From: Gemmatimonadales bacterium | GTDB taxonomy: Bacteria > Gemmatimonadota > Gemmatimonadetes > Gemmatimonadales > GWC2-71-9 | Direction of reading: 5' to 3' | DNA: 64,000 nucleotides | Assembly (NCBI GenBank): GCA_041615815.1 | Contig: JBFJCP010000001.1 | Span: 128,001-192,000, forward strand | Part shown: positions 53,059 through 64,000 of the stretch, piece by piece | Layout: each line of letters starts with the position of its first letter | How positions within the stretch are numbered: position 1 is the stretch's first letter | Position numbers and translations under genes: made by a program | The notes under the pieces: model-generated | Told to the model about the DNA's origin: nothing | What the model saw: only the letters and a program-made list of their open reading frames with translations | Databases searched by the model: none

Positions 53059-53262
53059 ACGCTACACTCCTCGGTTGGCTGGGAGGCCGGCCGTCGAGAC
53101 GCTCACGAGGGTGCAGGGCGCCACGCCCGGCGTGTTAGCTACGTCACGGTCTATTTAGACGCCCAAAGGGCACTAATAGTTTCGCCCGGCGTACCACGGA
53201 ACCACCGCCAGCCCGAAGCGGCGGGACAGCCATTGGTCACAGAGAGGCGTTGACGGTAACCT

Positions 53263-54306
53263 ATGATGTTTCTACGTTTGGACTTAGACAACGTGTCACC
53301 ACGCATCGTCGGGCTCATCGTCGTCGCGGCCGCGCTGGCCGCTCCCCGCACCCTCGTCGCCCAAGGCTCGGCGGTCGAGTTCGCGTCGGGACCCTGGTGG
53401 TATGGCGAGAGTCCGGCGTTCTCCTACACGCTTGCCTACCACCAGCGCATTGCGGGACCTGTCGACTACGGCCTGGGGTTCGCTCACCTCGACGACGCCA
53501 GCACGGTGGACGATCGCACGCAAACCGGCGCCGTGGTGTCACTCGCCGTCAACCGCGCGGGTCCCGGCCCGTACGTTCGGGGCGCGTGGGGGCTCGGTCT
53601 CCGGCACACGGACCGGGACCCTGACGCCTTCTGGGCGTTGGGCCTGGGATACTCGCTCCGGCCCGCCACCTTCCTCTCGCTCGGACTGGAGGCACTCTAC
53701 CGGGTGGAGGACCAGAGTCTCGGCGGCTTCTGGCAATTGGATCCCACCGACCGGCGCGGGGTGCAGTTGCAGGGCCGGGTGGCCCTGGCCTTTGGCGGCC
53801 AGCCGCGACGGGCGCGCACGCCCCGGCGTGCACCCGCACGCCGTCCGTCAGCGACATCGACATCCGGGCCCAGCGACGACACCAGTCCTGCGGCGACGAC
53901 GGCCACGACGGCCGCCAACGAGCTGACGCTCGACGTCGTGGCCACCGCCCTCGAGGCCATGGGAGCGCCGTATCGGTGGGGTGGCAGCGATGCGAACGGG
54001 TACGACTGCTCGGGACTCATCCAGTACGCGTATGGCGAGCATGGCATTCTACTCCCGCGCCGCAGCCGTGATCAGGCGCGCACCGGTGACCTCGTCGATC
54101 CGGACGTCGTCGCCCTTCAGCCCGGCGATATTCTCGGATTCACCACCGGAGGCGGCGGGATCTCGCACGTCGGGCTCTACGTTGGCCACGGCGACTTCAT
54201 TCACAGTACGTCCGGCGGCGTGAAGATCTCGAGCCTGACCAGCGATGACCCCGACAGTCGGTGGTGGCAGGAGCGGTGGGTCAACGCGCGACGGGTTCTC
54301 CCGTAG
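53263..54306 (+). CDS. NlpC/P60 (C40) peptidase with N-terminal beta-barrel-like domain
   Basis: GAPYRWGG, DCSG, LPR, HVGLY and FIH; N-terminal amphipathic strands; Pro/Thr/Arg linker. Start may be about 30 bp downstream. Confidence 0.85.
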   Translation: MMFLRLDLDNVSPRIVGLIVVAAALAAPRTLVAQGSAVEFASGPWWYGESPAFSYTLAYHQRIAGPVDYGLGFAHLDDASTVDDRTQTGAVVSLAVNRAGPGPYVRGAWGLGLRHTDRDPDAFWALGLGYSLRPATFLSLGLEALYRVEDQSLGGFWQLDPTDRRGVQLQGRVALAFGGQPRRARTPRRAPARRPSATSTSGPSDDTSPAATTATTAANELTLDVVATALEAMGAPYRWGGSDANGYDCSGLIQYAYGEHGILLPRRSRDQARTGDLVDPDVVALQPGDILGFTTGGGGISHVGLYVGHGDFIHSTSGGVKISSLTSDDPDSRWWQERWVNARRVLP

Positions 54307-54310
54307 CGAC

Positions 54311-54865
54311 GTGGCCTGGATCGGGTGGATCGACGAGTCGGCGGTGACCGGTCCCCTCGCGGTACTCTATCGTCGTTATGCCGGTCCCACCGGGCTCGAT
54401 CACATTCTCAAGATTCACTCCCTCAACCCCGAATCGATGCGGGGACACTACGAACTCTATCGACATCTCATGCGCGGTCCCTCGGGATTGTCGCGTGCCG
54501 AGCGGGAGATGATCGCCGTCGCCGTCTCAGCCGAAAACGAATGTTTCTATTGACTGCGGCATCACGGAGCGGGACTCCGTCGGCTCGAGCGTGATGACGT
54601 AAAAGTCCGCGCGTTGGAACACGATTTTCGGACCGCACCACTGTCGCCACGCGAACGAGCGATCCTCGAGTACGCGGTCAAACTCACCGCGACTCCCAGC
54701 GCGATGAGCGAGCAGGACGTGATGGCACTTCGCGCCGTGGGTCTGTCCGACGGTGAAATCTTGGACGTGTGTCAGGTGACGGCGTACTACAATTACGTGA
54801 ACCGACTGGCTGATGGCTTGGGTGTCGAACTGGAACCCTATTGGGCCGAGGAGGACGAGACGTGA
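54311..54865 (+). CDS. AhpD/CMD-like peroxidase-related selenoprotein (CxxU; UGA at 54551-54553)
   Basis: Two track ORFs are in the same frame, joined by one TGA in LSRAEREMIAVAVSAENECFY-U-LRHH, where the family has CxYC. A hairpin follows. The C-terminal half has YNYVNRLADGLG. Confidence 0.85.
54554..54583 (+). promoter_or_regulatory. putative bacterial SECIS element
   Basis: ACGGAG-cggga-CTCCGT stem-loop starting 11 nt after the UGA, with a G-rich apical loop. Confidence 0.7.
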
Positions 54866-54875
54866 GGCTCGAGCG

Positions 54876-57071
54876 ATGAAGGCCGCCGTGCCAAGGACCA
54901 TCGGATCGAACCCGCGGCGGTGGTGCCGCGACGTGACACCGCGCGGTGTTGTGCGTTGGCTGGCAGCCACGCTCGTCGCCGCTCTGCTCAGCGCGACGTT
55001 CCCGTCGGATGCCCAGGCTCAGCAGTACACGGGCTACACACCGGCCACGACGGCCGCGCAGGCGGAATTCGAGACCGCGCTCCAGGACCTGATCGATACG
55101 AGCGCCGCGCGAACCTGGTCACGCATCCTGAGTGCCGAGCCGCGCATCGCGGGGACGTCCCGGCAGCGCTGGACCGCTGGCTTCGTGGACAGCCTCACCA
55201 CCGCGTGGGGACTCCGGTCCCGCCTCGATTCGTTCCTCGTGTATCTCCCACATCCGGTCTCCGTCAGCTTGGCGCGCGTGTCGCCTGACCCCCGAGAGCT
55301 GACGGTCACGGAGCCACGACTCCCGCAGGACCCGGCGACCCACGGCACCATCTTCCCAGCCTTCAACGGATATTCGGGACGGGGGGACGTGACGGCGGAG
55401 ATCGTCTACGTGAACTACGGCTTGATGGAGGACTACGCACAGCTCGAACAGCGCGGCGTCAGCGTGGCCGGCAAGATCGCGGTGGCGCGATATGGGCGGT
55501 CTTTTCGGGGCATCAAAGCGCGCGAAGCGGAGCGGCACGGCGCGATTGGACTCGTCCTCTATTCGGATCCAGCCGACGACGGGTACGTCCGCGGCGACGT
55601 ATATCCCAACGGCCCGTTTCGACCCGATTTTGGAGTCCAGCGTGGGAGTATCAAGAACGGACGCGGCGATCCCAGCACCCCCACCTGGGCGTCGACTTTT
55701 GATGCGCCGCGGATCGCGGAGAGCGAGATGGTGGGCATCGCGCGGATCCCCGTGCTGCCGGTTGGATACGCCAGCGCGGCCGAGCTGCTGCGGCTGCTCG
55801 GTGGAGCGGATCTCCCGGATCAGGGTTGGCAAGGCGGCCTTCCGTTTCGCTATCACGTCGGTCCCGGCCCGGTGACCGCCCGCCTCGCCGTGCGCACGGA
55901 GGCGCCGACCGCCGCACTACACCCCATCTACAACACGATTGCGGTGCTCGAAGGGCGCACGCGGCCCGACGAGTGGATCGTGGTGGGTGCCCACCGGGAT
56001 GCCTGGGGTCCCGGAGCCACCGACAACGCCAGCGGCACGGCCAGCGTCTTGGAAATGGCCCGTGCGTTTGCGACGCTGGCCGCCCGAGACCGGCGCCCCG
56101 AACGAACCATCGTCTTCGCGACGTGGGATGCCGAGGAATGGGGACTCATCGGATCGTGGGAATGGGTGGAGCAGTCTGCAGACGAACTCCGTGCGAAGGT
56201 CGTGGCATACGTGAACCAGGACGCCGTGGCCTCCGGATCTCGCTTTGGGGCGAGTGCCGCCGGCACCCTGAAGTCCCTGGTCCGCGAGACGATGGGAGCC
56301 GTGCCCGATCCGTTCGGCGAGTTCGCCACCGTCTACGAGCGATGGACCGCGCAACACCCCGAGCGCCCCGTTCCTCCGGTGGGTGATTTGGGCGGCGGGT
56401 CGGACTTTGCGGGGTTCTACAATCTCCTGGGCATCGGCGCGGTGAATCTCGGCTTCGGTGGACCCGGTGGCGTGTACCATTCTGCCTATGACTCGTATCG
56501 CTGGATGAGCGAGTTTGGTGATCCCGCCTACGCCGCCCACGTGGGGGCGGCGCGAGCCGCCGGCACCGTCGTGGCCCGTCTCGCCAACGCGGAGATCCTG
56601 CCGTTCGATTACGCTGGGTTCGCCGCGCAGCTTCGCGCATTGGTCGAAGACATCGACCATGACCTGGAAACCTTGGATTGGTCGGCGGATGTTGGTCCGC
56701 TCCTCCACGCCATCGAGGTGTTCGGGAACGTGGCCGAAGCGTTCAGCAGCGCCCGCGCCTCCGCGACGCGCAACAATGGCGACCCGCAGTGGGCGGCGCT
56801 GAACCGTGCCCTGCTCGAGGTTGAGAAGACCCTCACGCGCCCAACGGGTCTTCGAGACCGACCCTGGATGCGAAACCTCATGTTCGCCGCGGATCGGGAC
56901 AACGGATACGGCAACATGCCCTTGCCATCGATCCGCGAGCCGCTGCGAGACGGGGACGCCGCCACGGTCGAGGCAGAAATCCGGGATCTCGTAGCCCGGG
57001 TCGACCAGGCCGCAGACGCACTCCGGGCGGCGCTGGCACTGCTGCGAGACGCCGCAGCAGACGGGTCCTGA
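54876..57071 (+). CDS. M28 glutamate carboxypeptidase II-like peptidase (PA and TfR-dimerisation domains)
   Basis: YVNYG, RYG..FRG.K, VQRGS, GAHRDAW, GATDNASG, WDAEEWG, GSDF and YHS.YD. Start uncertain. Confidence 0.92.
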   Translation: MKAAVPRTIGSNPRRWCRDVTPRGVVRWLAATLVAALLSATFPSDAQAQQYTGYTPATTAAQAEFETALQDLIDTSAARTWSRILSAEPRIAGTSRQRWTAGFVDSLTTAWGLRSRLDSFLVYLPHPVSVSLARVSPDPRELTVTEPRLPQDPATHGTIFPAFNGYSGRGDVTAEIVYVNYGLMEDYAQLEQRGVSVAGKIAVARYGRSFRGIKAREAERHGAIGLVLYSDPADDGYVRGDVYPNGPFRPDFGVQRGSIKNGRGDPSTPTWASTFDAPRIAESEMVGIARIPVLPVGYASAAELLRLLGGADLPDQGWQGGLPFRYHVGPGPVTARLAVRTEAPTAALHPIYNTIAVLEGRTRPDEWIVVGAHRDAWGPGATDNASGTASVLEMARAFATLAARDRRPERTIVFATWDAEEWGLIGSWEWVEQSADELRAKVVAYVNQDAVASGSRFGASAAGTLKSLVRETMGAVPDPFGEFATVYERWTAQHPERPVPPVGDLGGGSDFAGFYNLLGIGAVNLGFGGPGGVYHSAYDSYRWMSEFGDPAYAAHVGAARAAGTVVARLANAEILPFDYAGFAAQLRALVEDIDHDLETLDWSADVGPLLHAIEVFGNVAEAFSSARASATRNNGDPQWAALNRALLEVEKTLTRPTGLRDRPWMRNLMFAADRDNGYGNMPLPSIREPLRDGDAATVEAEIRDLVARVDQAADALRAALALLRDAAADGS

Positions 57072-57103
57072 AGCCTTCGACCTCCACCCGCGACCCCATC
57101 CTC

Positions 57104-57131
57104 TTGACAGCCCATCGCAGCGGTCTATCTT
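57104..57131 (+). promoter_or_regulatory. sigma70 promoter of groESL
   Basis: TTGACA-N16-TATCTT immediately before the CIRCE element. Confidence 0.7.
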
Positions 57132-57138
57132 CATGTCG

Positions 57139-57165
57139 TTAGCACTCGACTGCACTGAGTGCTAA
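57139..57165. promoter_or_regulatory. CIRCE element (HrcA operator)
   Basis: Perfect TTAGCACTC-N9-GAGTGCTAA. Confidence 0.97.
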
Positions 57166-57225
57166 GGCTGTAGACAATCAAAACACCCTGTACCACAACA
57201 CTTTAGCCGTACGGAGGGCGCGGTT

Positions 57226-57540
57226 ATGGCCACTGCGACCAAGGGCAAGTCAAAGGTCAAAATCCAGCCGCTGGGAGACCGTGTGGTCATCCAGGCCTTG
57301 GAAGAGACCGAGGAGATGCGGGGCGGGCTGTACATCCCGGATACCGCCAAGGAAAAGCCACAGCAAGGCGAGATCGTGGCGGTGGGTCCTGGCCGGTTCG
57401 AGAAGGGGGAGCGCGTGCCGATGGAGTTGAAGGTCGGACAGCGCGTGCTCTACGGGAAGTACAGTGGAACCGAGGTCACGATTGACAGCCAAGAGTTTCT
57501 GATCGTGAAAGAATCCGACGTCCTAGCGGTCGTCGAGTAA
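57226..57540 (+). CDS. groES: co-chaperonin GroES
   Basis: PLGDRVV, GGLYIPDTAKEKPQ and KYSGTEV. Confidence 0.98.
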   Translation: MATATKGKSKVKIQPLGDRVVIQALEETEEMRGGLYIPDTAKEKPQQGEIVAVGPGRFEKGERVPMELKVGQRVLYGKYSGTEVTIDSQEFLIVKESDVLAVVE

Positions 57541-57556
57541 CGAGCGAGGGTAATGA

Positions 57557-59200
<1,644 letters not shown>

Positions 59201-59233
59201 TCCCCCGTCCCCAACGCCGGCTGCAGTCCACGC

Positions 59234-59267
59234 ACGCCCCGGAGAAACCTCCGGGGCGTTTGCGTTT
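59234..59267 (+). terminator. intrinsic terminator after groEL
   Basis: ACGCCCCGGAG-aaac-CTCCGGGGCGT followed by TTGCGTTT. Confidence 0.75.
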
Positions 59268-59347
59268 GCCCGTCTTCCCGATGCCCCCGACGGCGCCGTA
59301 TCTTGGAGGGGTCAATGCCATCCCGGCCGTTCACTCAGGAGCATCTC

Positions 59348-59710
59348 ATGATTTTTGGTCCTCTTCCGTGGCTGCTCGCCCTCGTGCTCGGCGGTGCGAG
59401 CCCCGATACGACGCCGGGCGATCCCCTCACAAACACCCACATCCAGTCCCAGTCCGACACGACGCTCATGATGGTACAGACGGTCGCCCCGGGAAGCCGC
59501 ACAATCCGTGGGATCACCGGCATCTCGCTCGCTCTGCGGAGCTATGAGTTCGAAGTCCCCGCGCAGTGTCCCATTACGCTCGGCGGGAATGACGCCGAGT
59601 TAGCGGACGTGCGCCGGGGCACCGTCGTGCGCATCGTCTACCGGACGGCGGGCAGCCGCATGATTGCCGATCGCATCGTAGGAATGCGCATGCCGGGAGG
59701 TGACCGATGA
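59348..59710 (+). CDS. hypothetical exported OB-fold-like protein
   Basis: AGGAG RBS; hydrophobic N-terminus; LADVRRGTVVRIVY; stop overlaps the next ATG. Confidence 0.6.
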   Translation: MIFGPLPWLLALVLGGASPDTTPGDPLTNTHIQSQSDTTLMMVQTVAPGSRTIRGITGISLALRSYEFEVPAQCPITLGGNDAELADVRRGTVVRIVYRTAGSRMIADRIVGMRMPGGDR

Positions 59711-60858
59711 GGGCCGCGGGGGGTTGGCTCGCCGCGCTCGCCGTCATCGTCGTCGCGTGCGCCCGTGCGCCGGAACCAGGCGATCCGTTGCGCAACCTGA
59801 CGCAGGCGGAGCGCGAGCGGTTCTTGCAGGGTCGAGCCGTGTTCGACAGCGTATTCAATCCCACCACGGGGCTGGGCCCGCTCTTCAACGCGCCCGGGTG
59901 TATTGCTTGCCACAACGGCCCGGTGGCGGGCGGGGGAAGCCCGGTAAGCGAGATTCACGCGAGTGCTTTCTCCACCGCAGACGGGTTCTGCGATCCCCTG
60001 GCGGCGCAGGGTGGACCGGTCTATCAGCTCCGGGTGACCGATGCGTTACGACAAGCGCTGGGCATCGAGCGGGAGCCCATTCCAGCCGCGGCCGACACGG
60101 CCGTTCGCACCACCCCTGACGTTTTCGGTTTCGGTCTCCTGGATGCTGTGCCGGAGGCCACCCTGATGGCCCTCGCCGACCCCAATGACGCCGACGGTGA
60201 CGGGATCTCGGGTCGGGTCAACCGCTTCTTCGATGGTCGCGTGGGACGCTTCGGGCGGAAAGCACTGGTGCCAACGCTGGCCGAGTTCAACGAGGGAGCT
60301 TTCCTGCTCGAACAAGGAGTCACGACGCCCAATGCCCCCGAGGAGAATTCCGTCGCTGGTGACCCCCTCCCACCGGGAGTGGACCCGGCACTCGATCCCG
60401 AAATCGGCGCCACCGCGCTCGCGCGGGTGAACGACTACGTGCGTTTCCTCGCGCCGCCCCGTGCCCGGGACCTCACCACCGTCGGCCAACGCGGGCAGAC
60501 GGTGTTCAACGAGATCGGCTGCGCCAAGTGTCACGTGCCCGAACTCCGAACCGGAGACCACCCGGTGCGGGCCATTGCCAACCAAACGGTGGCAGCCTAC
60601 ACCGATCTCCTGTTGCACGATATGGGACCCGAACTCGCGGACATTTGTCTCGGTCTCGTCGCCGTGCCCGGAGAGTTTCGCACGGAGCCGCTCATGGGAC
60701 TCCGGTTCGCGAGTCGGCTGCTCCATGATGGGCGCGCCGGCAGCATCGAGCAGGCCATCCAGTTTCACGGAGGCGAATCCGCAGCGTCCCGGAGTGCCTT
60801 CGACAGCCTCTCCGATGCAGACCGGACAGCGATCCTGGAGTTTCTCCGGTCGCTCTAG
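59707..60858 (+). CDS. di-heme oxidoreductase family lipoprotein (DHOR-like)
   Basis: GLGPLFNA, CIACH, DPNDADGDGISGR, CAKCH, YTDLLLHDMG and LHDGRA. Confidence 0.88.
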   Translation: MRAAGGWLAALAVIVVACARAPEPGDPLRNLTQAERERFLQGRAVFDSVFNPTTGLGPLFNAPGCIACHNGPVAGGGSPVSEIHASAFSTADGFCDPLAAQGGPVYQLRVTDALRQALGIEREPIPAAADTAVRTTPDVFGFGLLDAVPEATLMALADPNDADGDGISGRVNRFFDGRVGRFGRKALVPTLAEFNEGAFLLEQGVTTPNAPEENSVAGDPLPPGVDPALDPEIGATALARVNDYVRFLAPPRARDLTTVGQRGQTVFNEIGCAKCHVPELRTGDHPVRAIANQTVAAYTDLLLHDMGPELADICLGLVAVPGEFRTEPLMGLRFASRLLHDGRAGSIEQAIQFHGGESAASRSAFDSLSDADRTAILEFLRSL

Positions 60859-60932
60859 CAGCGAGGGGCGGGGAGCGGTTCAAAGGCTACGGTCGTTTCG
60901 GCATCTGTGTAGTCCCGCTTCCCGCTCCCGGT

Positions 60933-61928
60933 CTACCGTGCCACGGCATCAATGATCCGGTGGATCGTCACCGAGTCCGCGCTGAGCAATCCCGCGGCCG
61001 GTAACCGCCACAGGAGCTCCACCCAGCTTGTGTCTTGGGCAAACGCGCGAGCAAAGAAGGGCAGGGCGTCCGTGGTGCGGCCGAGATCCGTGAGAGTGAC
61101 CGCCTGCCAGTACACGAGTTCACCGTTCGTGGCGCTATCCGGCAGCATGGCCGCCGCCCGACCGTAGGCCGCCAAGGCCGAATCGATGTGCCCCGCCGTC
61201 ACGAAGTTGTCACCGTCGGTGGCAGCACGATACGCTCGCGCCACCGTGACCAGCCGGCGTAACTCGCCCAAGGGATCGGGCGAGTCCTCGACCCGCAAAT
61301 CGAACAGTTTCTCCCACGGTCGCACGCTGCGTTCGCCGGACACGACGACGAGAGCCGCGGACTGCTTGCCCCGAATGTCGCCGCCGGCCGCCTCGGCGGC
61401 CTCCAGCGCGGCCAGAAGTCGCGCGGCGAGATCGCCAGGCGTTCGTTCGAAGGCACGTTGCATGGCCGGCCACACGCGCGCATTCCGCATCAAGTTCGCT
61501 TGAACCGCGTATCCAGATCCCGTCGCATGGCCTGCAGCGGGGATGTTCCGGGAGCCCGTGTGCACCGCCACGCGGCCGGCGGCATCCACGATGGCGACCT
61601 GGCGAACCTGGCTGTCGGGATCCGCTCGCAGCAAGGCCGCCAAGACGGCTGGGGCGGGAAGTCCGGTTCGCAGGAGTGCGAGGGCTCGCGCGCCGTAAGC
61701 CGGCTCCACGAAGGATTGTGTTGCCACGGCGCCGACTCCCGGCTCGGCCCAAGGCACGATACTCCCCACGCTGAACCAGTGGGATTGGACGGCGACACCC
61801 AATGCCCCCGTGGCCGGGTCATGCGCCACAATCGAATAGGTGTGAACCGGTCGGAGCGGCGTCTGCGCCGTGAGGAAGCGGACGCAACCTGAGAGGAGGA
61901 TGCCGAGTACTAGGAGGCGGAGAACCAT
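60933..61928 (-). CDS. DUF1028 family (Ntn-hydrolase-like) exported protein with TPR-like tail
   Basis: HTYSIVA, GVAVQS, GAVATQ, GGDIRGKQSAAL and DLRVED. Confidence 0.85.
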   Translation of the reverse strand: MVLRLLVLGILLSGCVRFLTAQTPLRPVHTYSIVAHDPATGALGVAVQSHWFSVGSIVPWAEPGVGAVATQSFVEPAYGARALALLRTGLPAPAVLAALLRADPDSQVRQVAIVDAAGRVAVHTGSRNIPAAGHATGSGYAVQANLMRNARVWPAMQRAFERTPGDLAARLLAALEAAEAAGGDIRGKQSAALVVVSGERSVRPWEKLFDLRVEDSPDPLGELRRLVTVARAYRAATDGDNFVTAGHIDSALAAYGRAAAMLPDSATNGELVYWQAVTLTDLGRTTDALPFFARAFAQDTSWVELLWRLPAAGLLSADSVTIHRIIDAVAR

Positions 61929-62014
61929 GGAACGCTACTCCTGGATGATATCCGAATGGCTCAGTCGATCTTCGATCTGTGGCGCTGGAAGCACGCGCCT
62001 ACTAATTTCCGGCC

Positions 62015-62398
62015 ATGACGTTCCGCTGGCTACTACTGGTATCGCTCGTGGCGCTGCTACCCGGTCTGGGCCATGCCCAGAAGCGTACACCCACCGTCGC
62101 GGGCACGTGGAAAGTCGATACCCCGGATGGGCCCCAGGAACTGGTGGTCCGACCAGATTCCTCGGCCAGCTTCGGCGAGGAGACCGTGCGCTGGCGTCTC
62201 ATTGCCGATACGATGTTCATCGCCTTCGGCGACGAATGGGTTGGGTACAACTACCGGCTTCGCGGCGACACGTTGACGTTTACCGGTGGTGACCTCGAAG
62301 AGCCCATCTCCATGGTCCGCGTGGGGCCACCCACCCCGCGCCCGCCAGGCGTGCCACTCCCTCAGCCCCCGGCGCTCGCGCCGCGAACCGGTGGATAG
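62015..62398 (+). CDS. hypothetical secreted lipocalin-like protein
   Basis: Signal peptide, VAGTW, GDTL repeats and a Pro-rich tail. Confidence 0.6.
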   Translation: MTFRWLLLVSLVALLPGLGHAQKRTPTVAGTWKVDTPDGPQELVVRPDSSASFGEETVRWRLIADTMFIAFGDEWVGYNYRLRGDTLTFTGGDLEEPISMVRVGPPTPRPPGVPLPQPPALAPRTGG

Positions 62399-62440
62399 GA
62401 GCCTGCTCATCACGGCTCCGGGTCGTACCCGTCACTCAGC

Positions 62441-64000
62441 ATGAACTCGCCGTCCGACACCGGCGGTCCTCCGCGCGCCGAACAGGCCGCGCTCTCGCGA
62501 CAGCTTGGTGATTTTCTCATCGAGCTGTCGATATCCCTGCACAAGCATGCCATGTACCCCGACGGGCATCCGTCGTTGGCACCCGCCTGTGTTCAGGTCT
62601 CGCAGCGGCTCACCACCCTCCTACAGGATCGCCCGAGCATTTCGCTCGGGGTCGCCCGGACCCGCCTGGTGATCGAGGGTGTCGCCACGGACCCCAAAAA
62701 CCCCGTGCTGCGAGATCTCGCGAATCGGCTGCACAAACATCAGCTCGGGGCCGTGACGTTCCGACGCGGCGCCCCCGTCGAGGAGATCCGCAACTTCCTC
62801 CTGGCCGTTGCAGCGGAACCCGAACGCACGGGCGAGCCGCTGGGACCCACGTCCGTGAGCAAACCACCCCCGTGGTTCCACATTCGCGTCCATCCCATGT
62901 CCTATGAGCGTCTGGATTTTGCGGACCGGGAGGGGGACGTCGAAGCGGTGGCCCTGTCCCGGGCCGAACAACTCTGGATCGGTCTCGCCCAAGCTGCGCT
63001 CGCCACCGCCGAGACCCCGTTGGACGAGCAGGATGCCGCGCAAGCGGAGCCTTCCGTCGTGGCCCGTGCCATCGACGAGCACACGCGCGGCACCGCCTAT
63101 GATCAAGTGATCGTCGGCTACATGCTGCAGCTGGCCGAGGAGCTCCGCGGTACCGAGGGACGCGACGCTCTGTTGCTGAAGCGGCGCATGTCCGAGCTCG
63201 TGGCCAATCTGGATCGCCGCACGCTCAGTACGTTGATCGACATGGGAGGAGATCGGCAACAACAACGCCAGTTCCTGCTCAACGCATCGCACGCGCTTTC
63301 GGTGGACGCGGTGATCGATATTGTGACCGCGGCGGCGGACGAGCAACGCGATGAGCAGGGCATCTCACAGTCCTTCCTCCGCATGCTGCAGAAGCTCGCT
63401 CGCTATACGGAATCCGGCGAGCAACGCCGTCGGGTCGAAGCGGATCTCGCCATTCGTGAGCAGGTGACGGAGCTGATCCGCGAATGGAGCCTGAGCGATC
63501 CCAATCCCGATGCCTACCGGGAAGCGTTGGAGACCATGGCAGGGACCGAGCCCTTGTTCGCGGTCTCTCCGGATCAGCGGTTTCAAGTCGATGCCGAACG
63601 GATGGTGCAGATGGCGCTGGAAGCCGAGGCGGCGGGACAGCTCGTGGACCGGGCGGTGGAAACGCTCGTGGGGGACGGTCGCCTCCCATGGCTACTCGCG
63701 GCGTTGGAAGAGGTGGAAACCTCGCAGCTGGCCGTGTCGGGAACCGTCACCGCGATCAACGACCAGATCACCAGCGGTGAAACTCTCGACCTGCTCCTGC
63801 AACAAGAGCCGCTCGATATCGAAGCACTCGATCGGCTGCTTCCTCGGTTTGACGATGCGGGGACCGCAGCCATGCTCGATGCCTTGGCGGACGCGCAGTC
63901 CGGACGCACCCGCCGGGCCCTCCTCGACCGGCTCGTCCGTCTCGGCGAGCGCGTGGGTCCGCAGGCGCTGGAGCGTCTCACCGATCCGCGGTGGTTTGTC
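62441..64000 (+). CDS. large helical (HEAT-repeat-like) protein, truncated at the window end
   Basis: Frame from ATG 62441 appears to run off the window and is absent from the ORF track. Begins MNSPSD..FLIELSISLHKHAMYPDGHP and ends ..LERLTDPRWFV. Confidence 0.75.
   Translation, partial: MNSPSDTGGPPRAEQAALSRQLGDFLIELSISLHKHAMYPDGHPSLAPACVQVSQRLTTLLQDRPSISLGVARTRLVIEGVATDPKNPVLRDLANRLHKHQLGAVTFRRGAPVEEIRNFLLAVAAEPERTGEPLGPTSVSKPPPWFHIRVHPMSYERLDFADREGDVEAVALSRAEQLWIGLAQAALATAETPLDEQDAAQAEPSVVARAIDEHTRGTAYDQVIVGYMLQLAEELRGTEGRDALLLKRRMSELVANLDRRTLSTLIDMGGDRQQQRQFLLNASHALSVDAVIDIVTAAADEQRDEQGISQSFLRMLQKLARYTESGEQRRRVEADLAIREQVTELIREWSLSDPNPDAYREALETMAGTEPLFAVSPDQRFQVDAERMVQMALEAEAAGQLVDRAVETLVGDGRLPWLLAALEEVETSQLAVSGTVTAINDQITSGETLDLLLQQEPLDIEALDRLLPRFDDAGTAAMLDALADAQSGRTRRALLDRLVRLGERVGPQALERLTDPRWFV

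Noticed and set aside
54245..54865. Pseudogene or two small genes
   Set aside because: A single in-frame TGA at a catalytic Cys position with a downstream hairpin fits selenocysteine better.

Overview
A GC-rich bacterial chromosome segment. Gene content (kinase-TM-TPR protein, HEAT-like protein, many lipoprotein hydrolases) suggests Gemmatimonadota; this is inference only. Left to right: (1) 1-7.6 kb, minus-strand aromatic acyl-CoA catabolic operon with a TetR/PaaR-like regulator, two crotonases, an aldehyde dehydrogenase, a thiolase, a short stand-alone BoxB-like di-iron oxygenase, a GDPD and a 3-hydroxyacyl-CoA dehydrogenase. A sigma70 promoter and a PaaR-type operator are visible. (2) An ECF sigma / anti-sigma / Spy-CpxP-like cassette. 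(3) 9.3-15.2 kb, the best candidate for an undescribed system: an apparent lanthipeptide-like RiPP locus. It has a 55-aa precursor (leader, Cys/Thr/Ser core, helical tail), a stand-alone HopA1/OspF-like lyase, an RRE-kinase-LanC fusion with no lyase domain and a CCG zinc motif, and a divergent transglutaminase-like Cys-His-Asp protein. (4) A Ser/Thr kinase, tRNA-Leu(CAA), a small lower-GC islet and secreted proteases. (5) 26-46.6 kb, a co-directional housekeeping run (icd, pepA, yicC, gmk, rpoZ, coaBC, udg, dnaB, ispD, tsaC, aroE, comF, gap, pgk, tpiA, secG, carA, HU/IHF, moaDE, trmL, mdh). (6) queD, secreted enzymes, an AhpD-like selenoprotein (CxxU with SECIS-like hairpin, split in the ORF track), an M28 peptidase, CIRCE-groESL, a di-heme protein and a truncated HEAT-like ORF. 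No CRISPR array, rRNA, transposase or integrase was seen. All family calls come from motif recognition by eye; no database searches were run.
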